From the IMG/VR virus record IMGVR_UViG_3300025572_000005: DNA of 41,544 nt. One strand, given 5' to 3'. The notes below the pieces were generated by a model. That model was not told the DNA's origin and did no database searches. It saw only the letters and a list, made by a program, of their open reading frames with translations. Each line of letters opens with the position of its first letter. Position 1 is the first letter of the stretch. Below, one piece after another: positions 23,702 to 30,210 of the stretch. The stretch is from a virus. Position numbers and translations under genes: made by a program.

Positions 23702-23964
23702 ACGGCGACCTCCTCCCTCCCGTGGTCGAGAGCACCGTCCGTCCCTTTATCTTGTTCGCGATCTGCGGACTCAAAGGCAGGGAAGATGATTTGGTCGATT
23801 CGCACTCCGAAAAAGCGAGCCAATTTGTGTGTCATCCGGTACGATGGAACACGCTCACCATTTTCGATCTCGTTGTAGTACGAGCGGCTAATACCTGCAC
23901 CGTCGGCGACTTCGGACTGGGCGAGGCCCATCTTTTCCCGAAGCTGCCTTGGGGTATATCGCAT
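23698..23964 (-). CDS. Cro-like XRE-family repressor (first gene of the early operon)
   Basis: HTH LREKMGLAQSEVADGAGISRSYYNEIENG. ATG 23964 has GGAGGTGGTGATC upstream. Divergent from the repressor gene. Confidence 0.75.
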   Translation of the reverse strand: MRYTPRQLREKMGLAQSEVADGAGISRSYYNEIENGERVPSYRMTHKLARFFGVRIDQIIFPAFESADREQDKGTDGALDHGREEVAV

Positions 23965-23985
23965 GATCACCACCTCCTTCTAGTG

Positions 23986-24034
23986 TCCGCATACTGCGAA
24001 CCGTCATCCTTATTATACGTTCGCATAATGCGAA
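23986..24034. promoter_or_regulatory. Operator sites in the divergent switch region
   Basis: Perfect 15-bp palindrome TTCGCATAATGCGAA (24020-24034) and a 13/15 copy TCCGCATACTGCGAA (23986-24000). Each is followed by (A/C)CGTCA. A related GGATTTGCGATCC lies at 24068-24080. Confidence 0.6.
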
Positions 24035-24041
24035 ACGTCAA
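24012..24041 (-). promoter_or_regulatory. Early (Cro-side) promoter
   Basis: The minus strand reads TTGACG (24041-24036), an 18-nt spacer, then TATAAT (24017-24012). The perfect palindromic operator fills the spacer. Confidence 0.6.
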
Positions 24042-24071
24042 GAGGTATTTTCGCTTTTTGAGTACAAGGAT

Positions 24072-24099
24072 TTGCGATCCGAGGAAAAGGGGGTATGAT
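24072..24099 (+). promoter_or_regulatory. Possible repressor-side promoter
   Basis: TTGCGA (24072-24077), a 16-nt spacer, then TATGAT (24094-24099), about 20 nt before ATG 24120. Confidence 0.35.
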
Positions 24100-24119
24100 A
24101 GGCGGTGAGGAGTGTCGCC

Positions 24120-24494
24120 ATGAGCGAACAAACACTTGGACAGAAACTCAAGATGCTTCGCGGCGACGCGACGCTTGAAGAAATCGCCTCCCGCGTCGGA
24201 ATCGCGAAGACGACGCTTCACGGATACGAATCCGGTCGTCGAGAGCCGGATCTTGCTACTCTACAAAAGCTGGCTCGGGCGTTGAATACGACCGCGGCTT
24301 TCCTCCTCGGTGAAACCGACGATCCATCTCCGTCTCGCCACGTAGATACGATAGCCGCCTGGAGTCCACATGGTTATGACAAGCTGACGCCTGAGCAGCA
24401 GAAGGAGGTGGACGAGTTCATCGCCTACGTCCGGCACAAGTATCGAAAAGGAGGGCCGTATGATCGCCATGCGCGTCGGGATGACGTCAACTGA
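24120..24494 (+). CDS. immR: CI-like XRE-family repressor (ImmR-type)
   Basis: HTH LKMLRGDATLEEIASRVGIAKTTLHGYESG. ATG 24120 has GAGGAG 8 nt upstream. Overlapped by the downstream ImmA-like gene. Confidence 0.78.
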   Translation: MSEQTLGQKLKMLRGDATLEEIASRVGIAKTTLHGYESGRREPDLATLQKLARALNTTAAFLLGETDDPSPSRHVDTIAAWSPHGYDKLTPEQQKEVDEFIAYVRHKYRKGGPYDRHARRDDVN

Positions 24495-24951
24495 ATACCT
24501 CTACCAACTCGCGGATCGAGAAAACATCGCAATCGAATACAAGGCGCTGCCGGTCGATTGGCTGGGCGTTTACATTCACCTGGGCGACATGTGCGGGCCG
24601 TACATAGGGCTTTCCGAGCTCCTAGCACGAGATGAAAGGCAGGAGCGTTGCGTAATAGCGCATGAGCTGGGCCACCATTTTACGACGGTGGGCTACACCG
24701 TCGCCGCAAACTCGCCGACGGTCGGCTACCATATCTGCCGCGCGGAGCGGATCGCGAACGACTATGCTGTCGATTTGCTCGTACCTGCGGCTAGGTTTCT
24801 GGAGGGGGTGTATCGCAGGTATACGATGGACGAGCTTGCCGACGCCTTCTACGTTGTGCCGGAGTTCATCCAGTACCGGGCGATGAAAATCTATCGAAAC
24901 GGGTTACGCTGCTCTGAAATTCGAAACTTGTGTCGGAAGATGTCGAAATGA
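24460..24951 (+). CDS. immA: ImmA/IrrE-family zinc metalloprotease
   Basis: HEXXH motif VIAHELGHH. 35-nt overlap with the repressor gene, the classic ImmR-ImmA arrangement. Confidence 0.85.
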   Translation: MIAMRVGMTSTEYLYQLADRENIAIEYKALPVDWLGVYIHLGDMCGPYIGLSELLARDERQERCVIAHELGHHFTTVGYTVAANSPTVGYHICRAERIANDYAVDLLVPAARFLEGVYRRYTMDELADAFYVVPEFIQYRAMKIYRNGLRCSEIRNLCRKMSK

Positions 24952-25003
24952 TGGGACAACGGAATGATGTGCCAGTTAATTTTCGACTCGGAGGTGCGTT
25001 GCG

Positions 25004-25537
25004 GTGAAGCGTCTGGCGATTATGTGGATAGTTGGGGCGTTTGTGTTGATGACATTCCCTTCTTCAATGCTCGCCCAAGGCCAAGAACCCATCTTTCAAG
25101 GATTGTCATGGGGGGACTCTATCGAGGAAGTTCGAAAGGTATACGCTGTTTCCCCCAAGCTCGACACCATTTATCAAGAAGAGTGGATTCACGACGAAAC
25201 CGCAGGGCCAGAGTTTCAAGCATCGTTAGGTAATATAAAGGTTACGTCGATCTCGTTCGTTTTCTTTGACGGGCGTTTGATGCAAATTCAAGTTCGGGTA
25301 CCTGACATTATTTCTGGAGTACGAGCACAATCAGCGCTCAATGAAAGGTACGGGAAGGCGAAGTTTGAATTACTTGCCCAAGGTGCGGTAGCCTTTTGGG
25401 CTTGGAGTCATGGGGACGATACAACAATACGGATGCCAGAGAATATGCGATCCTTTACCTTCTCCAGTAATTCCATCACCAGCGAATACCAGAAGTGGCG
25501 AGAAAGCCAAACTGCCCAAGACGCCCAGTCGTGGTGA
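25004..25537 (+). CDS. Secreted hypothetical protein (lysogeny-module moron)
   Basis: GTG start with GGAGGTG 7 nt upstream. Signal-peptide-like MKRLAIMWIVGAFVLMTFPSSMLA/QGQ. GC is visibly lower than the rest of the genome. Confidence 0.7.
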   Translation: MKRLAIMWIVGAFVLMTFPSSMLAQGQEPIFQGLSWGDSIEEVRKVYAVSPKLDTIYQEEWIHDETAGPEFQASLGNIKVTSISFVFFDGRLMQIQVRVPDIISGVRAQSALNERYGKAKFELLAQGAVAFWAWSHGDDTTIRMPENMRSFTFSSNSITSEYQKWRESQTAQDAQSW

Positions 25538-25549
25538 TGAGGTGATCCC

Positions 25550-26716
25550 ATGCCCCGCGGCAACATCGAAAAGCGCGGCGAAGGCCGCTACCGTATCCGC
25601 ATCTACCTCGGCAAACTCCCCGATGGCACGCCGATCTACCACCGGGAGACGGTCCGCGGCACGCTCGATGACGCCGAGCGCCGCCTGACGGCGATCCTGC
25701 GGGAACTCGACACCAATACTTACGTCGAGCGAAACGACTTAACGCTCGGCGAGTTCCTGGGGCAATGGCTGAAGGAGTGGGTGGAGGTCAGCGGCAAGAG
25801 CCAAAAGACTGTCGCGAGCTACAAGGAGATGTTGGGCTACATCATCCCGTCCATCGGTCACATCCCGCTCCAAAAACTCACGCCCCGACACATCCAATCT
25901 CACTACGCCAAACAGCTAAAGAGCGGGCGCAAGCGAGGCGGAGGACTCAGCCCTACGAGCGTCCACGGTCAACACCGGGTGTTGCACGCGGCCTTGGAAG
26001 TCGCCGTGCGTTGGGGGTATATCGCACGCAACCCCGCCGATGCCGTCGAGCCCCCGCCCAAGCGCAAGCGGGGCGGCGACGTGTGGACCGATGAGGAGGC
26101 AGCGCGGTTCCTCGCCCATGTGCGTGGCCATAGACTATATGCCCTGTTCGCCCTGGCGATGTCTACCGGGCTCCGGCGCGGGGAACTGGGTGGCCTGCGG
26201 TGGAAGGATGTAGACTTTGAGCGTCGACGCATCCACGTGCATCAGGTGTTGGTCTATATCGACGGCGAGCACGTGTTCAAGGACAAACCAAAGACCGAGG
26301 CGAGCGAGGACTACGTCTCGATCAGCCCTGCCGTCGTGGCGATCCTCCAGGAGCATCGCAAACGCCAACTGCGCGAGCGTTGGGTCTACGGCGAGCGATA
26401 TGAGGACAATGGCCTCGTATTCTGCCAGCCCAACGGACGCCGCCTCAACCTGGACAACCTCAGCAAGCGCGACTTTCCAAAGCTCTGCGAGGCGGCGGGC
26501 GTCTCGCGCATACGGTTTCACGACATACGCCACACCTACGCCACCCGCCTGTTCGAGCAAGGTGAGGCGTTGACCACAGTCCAGCGACGGCTCCGGCACT
26601 CCAAGGGCTCGACCACCATCGACATCTACGGCCACCCGTCGTCGAGGGCCGAGGAAGAAGCAGCGACCGCGATGGATGATTTACTGCCCCCTCTTGAGGA
26701 AGCCGAGGGCGAGTGA
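25550..26716 (+). CDS. int: Tyrosine integrase
   Basis: SAM-like N-terminal domain. Catalytic region ...GLRRGEL...RFHDIRHTYATRL...RLRHSKGSTTIDIYGH (R, H-x-x-R, H, Y). Confidence 0.93.
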   Translation: MPRGNIEKRGEGRYRIRIYLGKLPDGTPIYHRETVRGTLDDAERRLTAILRELDTNTYVERNDLTLGEFLGQWLKEWVEVSGKSQKTVASYKEMLGYIIPSIGHIPLQKLTPRHIQSHYAKQLKSGRKRGGGLSPTSVHGQHRVLHAALEVAVRWGYIARNPADAVEPPPKRKRGGDVWTDEEAARFLAHVRGHRLYALFALAMSTGLRRGELGGLRWKDVDFERRRIHVHQVLVYIDGEHVFKDKPKTEASEDYVSISPAVVAILQEHRKRQLRERWVYGERYEDNGLVFCQPNGRRLNLDNLSKRDFPKLCEAAGVSRIRFHDIRHTYATRLFEQGEALTTVQRRLRHSKGSTTIDIYGHPSSRAEEEAATAMDDLLPPLEEAEGE

Positions 26717-26772
26717 TTCCCCAAAACACCCACAATGTTCTAGCTGGGTTTTAGTGTGTGGCCGAGGTGCCA

Positions 26773-26792
26773 TATGCCCAATTCATGCCCAA
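26773..26792. repeat. Candidate arm-type integrase binding sites, left arm (TATGCCCAA, CATGCCCAA)
   Basis: Direct repeats at 26773-26781 and 26784-26792. The same motif recurs at 26994-27013. Confidence 0.45.
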
Positions 26793-26800
26793 AAATCGAA

Positions 26801-26826
26801 AGGCCCGTCGAGTGACGGGCCTTTTA
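26801..26826 (+). terminator. Intrinsic terminator downstream of int
   Basis: aggcccgtc-gagt-gacgggcct followed by ttt, and preceded by an A-run, so it may work in both directions. Confidence 0.6.
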
Positions 26827-26828
26827 GC

Positions 26829-26874
26829 TGGTGCGCGCGAGAGGATTTGAACCCCTGACCTTCTGATCCGTAGT
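26829..26874 (-). other. attP core: 3' half of a tRNA-Arg(ACG) gene (anticodon loop to CCA), not a complete tRNA
   Basis: The minus strand reads ACTACGGATCAGAAGGTCAGGGGTTCAAATCCTCTCGCGCGCACCA. This covers anticodon loop CTACGGA, variable AGGTC, T-arm AGGGG/TTCAAAT/CCTCT, acceptor 3' strand and CCA. No matching 5' acceptor, D-arm or 5' anticodon stem lies upstream. Confidence 0.65.
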
Positions 26875-26993
26875 TGGAAGCCATGCGTTCCCACCCCGCC
26901 CCGCCGATGTCCGATGTGCCCACTCTAACAGCAGTTTTACTAGCTCAGCCGATCGGGTGTTCGGGTATTCGTCCCCGCGTTTCCCCGCGCTTC

Positions 26994-27013
26994 CATGCCC
27001 AAACCATGCCCAC
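26994..27013. repeat. Candidate arm-type integrase binding sites, right arm (CATGCCCAA, CATGCCCAC)
   Basis: Direct repeats at 26994-27002 and 27005-27013, in the same orientation as the left-arm copies. Confidence 0.45.
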
Positions 27014-27064
27014 GATCTACCGCCCCTCCAACACACATGTGTGTAATGATCATGCTACCGCGAT

Positions 27065-27095
27065 ATAAAGCCCCGGCCACTAAGACCGGGGCTTT
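27065..27095 (-). terminator. Intrinsic terminator ending the late/lysis/cargo operon
   Basis: GCCCCGG-N9-CCGGGGC flanked by AAA and TTT. On the minus strand it is followed by TTTATAT. The stop codon of ORF 27080-27442 lies in the loop. Confidence 0.6.
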
Positions 27096-27442
27096 CCTAT
27101 TTCCCACCTCGCCGCCAGTCCATCACCGGACGTTTCGAGGCGTATCATGTCCTGCGGCGACAAAGCGTCCTCAAGTCGGAGCACAAGCTCCTCCTGACTC
27201 ACGGTTTGGTCGATTCGGCGCTGAATCTCGGCTCGGGTTGCGTAAACCCATTGCCCTGTTTCCGGGACGCGATGCCAGTCTTCCGCCTCTGGTTCTACGC
27301 CGAGGCCAACGAGGAGTCGCTCGACGGCTCCCCAGGCGGCGTCGTAGACTCCCCAAAAGGGCCATACGTGTTCGCCGACCACACGATGATGTCCACGAGC
27401 CAGCCAATGAACGTCCGCCGCAGGAACAGGTCGGCGGCCCAT
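27080..27442 (-). CDS. ORF without a convincing start; probably the -1 frame extension of the 27295-27591 product, otherwise a separate hypothetical protein
   Basis: No SD before ATG 27442 or GTG 27382. It overlaps the upstream ORF by 148 nt and is exactly its -1 frame. High third-position GC downstream of 27355. Confidence 0.35.
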   Translation of the reverse strand: MGRRPVPAADVHWLARGHHRVVGEHVWPFWGVYDAAWGAVERLLVGLGVEPEAEDWHRVPETGQWVYATRAEIQRRIDQTVSQEELVLRLEDALSPQDMIRLETSGDGLAARWEIGKPRS

Positions 27443-27591
27443 TTGGGCAGAGACAGGTGTTGTTTCGCCTCGGTCATAAACAGGTCGACGACCTCTTTGC
27501 GCTTCGCCTCGCCGTCGCCGGGACGCTCGACGATGTTGACAAGCGCCGTGATGATGGCGATGACTTCCATGACGACTTTGAAGATGTTCAT
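27295..27591 (-). CDS. Holin-like small membrane protein (LL-H-holin-like layout)
   Basis: N-terminal TM helix MNIFKVVMEVIAIITALVNIV followed by a charged region. Strong SD GAGAGGAG. The last ~20 aa may be out-of-frame read-through. Confidence 0.5.
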   Translation of the reverse strand: MNIFKVVMEVIAIITALVNIVERPGDGEAKRKEVVDLFMTEAKQHLSLPKWAADLFLRRTFIGWLVDIIVWSANTYGPFGESTTPPGEPSSDSSLASA

Positions 27592-27620
27592 TTTCGTTCT
27601 CCTCTCTTAGCTTCCGAGCG

Positions 27621-27716
27621 CTAATTCAGCACGATTAGCACCACAACGCAAACGGCCGCGAGGATCATGCTCCCCACGGCCACGATACCGGATATGAGGT
27701 TGTAGCTGTCGAACAT
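27621..27716 (-). CDS. 31-aa hydrophobic peptide (not in the ORF track)
   Basis: My translation is MFDSYNLISGIVAVGSMILAAVCVVVLIVLN. TGATG overlap with the upstream ORF. Confidence 0.4.
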   Translation of the reverse strand: MFDSYNLISGIVAVGSMILAAVCVVVLIVLN

Positions 27717-27835
27717 CAGTCATCACACCCTATGCAGCGCACCTTCCGTCCGGTCGTCCAGCCGCATCGGCGACACAGCAAAGCGCCAAGGTGGACCGAA
27801 AGCGGATAGCGGCACGTCGGGCATTTTGGGATCAT
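27716..27835 (-). CDS. 39-aa Zn-ribbon protein
   Basis: MIPKCPTCRYPLSVHLGALLCRRCGW.... ATGA overlap with the upstream gene. The ORF-track N-terminus is discarded. Confidence 0.45.
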   Translation of the reverse strand: MIPKCPTCRYPLSVHLGALLCRRCGWTTGRKVRCIGCDD

Positions 27836-28149
27836 TCTGCATCCATCCCCGACTCCATCGGCAATCCCCACCAGCTGCGGCGCACCATCTGCGCGATGAT
27901 GCCGTAGTTTGCGAGGTCGAGCCATGCGTCGTCGATGCTCTCGTGATTGGGCGTTCGATTGCCCGTGATGAGATGCTTGAGCCGTTCGAGTTTGTCGCTC
28001 GCGCGGACGAGTACGCCTAGCTCCCCGAAGGCGGCGATGTTGCCGGGGCCGTAGTCGGCCTGTTTCGAGACCATCACCGCCCTCATCTCTGCGAGGATGG
28101 TATCGAGAGCGTCTTCAAATGTGCGCGGCTTCGATTCGGCCGTTCTCAC
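27832..28149 (-). CDS. MazG-like all-alpha NTP-pyrophosphohydrolase-fold protein (DUF1599-like)
   Basis: KQADYGPGNIAAFGELGVLVRASDKLERLKHL ... ESIDDAWLDLANYG pattern. GTG 28149 is preceded by GGAGGTGG 7 nt upstream. ATG 28170 is an alternative start. Confidence 0.55.
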   Translation of the reverse strand: MRTAESKPRTFEDALDTILAEMRAVMVSKQADYGPGNIAAFGELGVLVRASDKLERLKHLITGNRTPNHESIDDAWLDLANYGIIAQMVRRSWWGLPMESGMDAE

Positions 28150-28465
28150 CGTCGATCCACCTCCACTCATAGACGGGTATCCCACATCGTTTCGCTTCCT
28201 CAACCTCTCCGCGTGTCCCGACAGAAGACTCCCACCCAGGGACGAGCACGACAAGATCGCAGCGTCGAAGAATCTCAAGATCGCCCTTGAGCCACATTTC
28301 ATCGGGGCAGGTGCCGCCGAAGAATGCGGTATTCTTGTGCGGACAGATGACGGCGTACCCGAGCTTCCAAAGCATCACCGCTACCCGTTCTGCCGCTTCG
28401 ATGTTGCACTTGACACCCCACTCGGTCGGCGCTCGATACGGGCCTGCAACGTATGCGACCTTCAC
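28115..28465 (-). CDS. DUF4406 / nucleoside 2-deoxyribosyltransferase-like protein
   Basis: VKVAYVAGPYR...ICPH...CDLVVLVPGWESSVGTRGEVEEAKRCGIPVY. GTG 28465 has a GTGA overlap and GGAGGTG upstream. Confidence 0.68.
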   Translation of the reverse strand: MKVAYVAGPYRAPTEWGVKCNIEAAERVAVMLWKLGYAVICPHKNTAFFGGTCPDEMWLKGDLEILRRCDLVVLVPGWESSVGTRGEVEEAKRCGIPVYEWRWIDGENGRIEAAHI

Positions 28466-29232
28466 AACGTCACCTCCACCCGCTTGGGTTCTGCATAGAG
28501 CCGTGTCACCGGACTCCCCTGTGCGCCGGGCTTGTAGCCTTGCACTTGAGCGTAACCACCCCAATGAAGGTTCGCGCTCGAATTAAGGAACGTCTGTTCG
28601 ACGAGGCGGACGTTGTTGTTGTAGAGGTCCGGCACGTAGATGCTCTCTTTGAACACGACCTTGAAATGCGTGTGCGACGAGATGTAGATGTCGGCCAGCA
28701 CGACGTTTGCCATACGCGCCATGCGGAGCACTTTCCCGCCCTGGAGTGCGCCGCCGCCTCGCCCGTGGGTGTGGTAGATCGTGTAGACGGCGCGTTTGCC
28801 GTTCTTGCGCTTACGCCCGAATCCGAGTTTGAGCAGGACGCCGTTGGGGAAGTGACGGTCGCGGATGCCCAGGTGCTCGGCCAGCTCGCCCACAACGTCG
28901 ATGCTGGTGTCCCGCTTGATCCGGTCCTCGTGGTTGCCGTTGGTGATCGAGAGGATGCGGTCGCGTAGCGGGTAGAGTTCCTGCTTGCACCAGCGCAACT
29001 GCTCGGCGGGCGTGAGCACGTCCTCGTACACGTCGGAGATGGAGCGCTTCGTCGCGATGTTCATGAGATCGCCGTTGAGGATGACATATCGGTTGGGCTG
29101 CTCTAGCACCCACTCCCGACGCTCGTAGAACAGGTCGCGGTTGAACAGTGGATCGCCAACGTGGAGGTCGCTGAACGTGTCCAGTTCAACGGTGTCGTGA
29201 TCGGGCGAGAGCGAGATTTCGTGGAGGATCAT
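28462..29232 (-). CDS. Calcineurin-like metallophosphoesterase
   Basis: Motifs FSDLHVGD, NGDL, ITNGNHE, YHTHG and SSHTH. ATG 29232 lies 2 nt after the endolysin stop. Confidence 0.85.
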   Translation of the reverse strand: MILHEISLSPDHDTVELDTFSDLHVGDPLFNRDLFYERREWVLEQPNRYVILNGDLMNIATKRSISDVYEDVLTPAEQLRWCKQELYPLRDRILSITNGNHEDRIKRDTSIDVVGELAEHLGIRDRHFPNGVLLKLGFGRKRKNGKRAVYTIYHTHGRGGGALQGGKVLRMARMANVVLADIYISSHTHFKVVFKESIYVPDLYNNNVRLVEQTFLNSSANLHWGGYAQVQGYKPGAQGSPVTRLYAEPKRVEVTL

Positions 29233-29234
29233 GC

Positions 29235-29699
29235 TCACACGCCCCGCCTCCTCGGCGTGCCCTCCACGCCGGCGTAGAACAGGTGCGCGCTGTCCCACGG
29301 CACATGGATGAGCTGCGCGCCCACCGTCCATTCAGGAGGCTTGATCGTGCGCGTGTGGTAGTGTGTCGGGAACGGTCCCTTGGTCCCGAACAACTCGTGA
29401 AGGTCGCGGTCGCGCAGGTGGTTCACGACGAGATGGGCCGCCGCGACGCACAGCGGCCATACGTCCGGGCAGGATTTTTCGGCCTGAAGGATCACTTCAC
29501 GGTTCGGATCGTCTTCGTTCCAGCACGAGAACTGCCACGGCTTGCGGCAAACGCTGATCCAGTCAATTCCCCACCAGCCCGGACGCAAGACGCGTTCTCG
29601 GATCACGGCCCCGACCGCAACCATGTCGAGGAACCCGCACCCGCGGGCCTCCCCGCATATCGTGCGAGCAACGATGTCGACGTTTGGATCAACGGCCAT
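29235..29699 (-). CDS. Endolysin, SleB/CwlJ-like cell wall hydrolase (Hydrolase_2)
   Basis: ARTICGEARG...AVGAVIRERV...PWQFSCWN. The start is set at ATG 29699 (MAVDPN...), overlapping the holin end by 11 nt. Confidence 0.85.
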   Translation of the reverse strand: MAVDPNVDIVARTICGEARGCGFLDMVAVGAVIRERVLRPGWWGIDWISVCRKPWQFSCWNEDDPNREVILQAEKSCPDVWPLCVAAAHLVVNHLRDRDLHELFGTKGPFPTHYHTRTIKPPEWTVGAQLIHVPWDSAHLFYAGVEGTPRRRGV

Positions 29700-30099
29700 G
29701 CGGCGTTCCCTCCCGGTCGCGCAGTACCGCAAGTGCATCTCGCAAGCGCTCTGGAATCGGCACACCGACTTCGCCTAGGTTCTCGACGATGCTCAGTGCC
29801 TCGTTGCCTATGTACCACCACACGGCCATTGTCCGCAGGATCGGGTCGCCCAGTCCTCCTGTCTGGTCGATGATGTTGCAGAGGGCAATGATAGCGAACA
29901 TGCCTACCTTTCGTGCAATTCCCCGGCGCCCCACTTCCGAGGAAAGGCGTCGTCCCACCCATGCGGCTGCCCACCCGCTGGCGTAGTCGATACACGCCAA
30001 CACCACCAGCGCCGTCAGCACGGCGTCCCACCCTCCCCACAGGTACGTGGCCGCCATGCCGATCGCGGCGAGAAGCGCCTTGACCGTCGATTCGTCCAT
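29689..30099 (-). CDS. Holin (toxin-secretion/phage-lysis holin family, Phage_holin_4_1-like)
   Basis: Three hydrophobic segments. ...CIDYASGW...LSSEVGRRGIARKVGMF...YIGNEALSIVENLGEVGVPIP. Confidence 0.8.
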   Translation of the reverse strand: MDESTVKALLAAIGMAATYLWGGWDAVLTALVVLACIDYASGWAAAWVGRRLSSEVGRRGIARKVGMFAIIALCNIIDQTGGLGDPILRTMAVWWYIGNEALSIVENLGEVGVPIPERLRDALAVLRDREGTPHGR

Positions 30100-30210
30100 C
30101 GTCTCACGTCCCGTCCGTTTGGCGTTGAAAGCGAAGACGCCGCAGGATCAAATCCCACGGCGTCGGTGTTTGTCCGTGATGTTTCGTTCTTCTACTGGTG
30201 CTCTAGAACT

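Noticed and set aside
26829-26905. Possible complete tRNA gene on the minus strand.
   Set aside because: Only the anticodon loop to CCA portion is tRNA-like. The upstream sequence (…GGCTTCCAA) cannot pair with the anticodon-stem or acceptor 3' strands, and there is no D-arm. It is interpreted as the attP core.
27716-27925. Full-length 69-aa, 156-aa and 149-aa ORF-track versions of the cargo genes (27716-27925, 27832-28302, 28115-28564).
   Set aside because: Their N-terminal extensions overlap upstream genes extensively and lack SDs. Internal ATG/GTG starts with GGAGG-type SDs and ATGA/GTGA coupling give motif-complete proteins.
30136-30164. Hairpin gacgccg-N15-cggcgtc between the tail genes and the holin, considered as a terminator.
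   Set aside because: It has a long 15-nt loop and only a weak, interrupted T-run (TTCGCTTTC). It is noted but not called as a feature.
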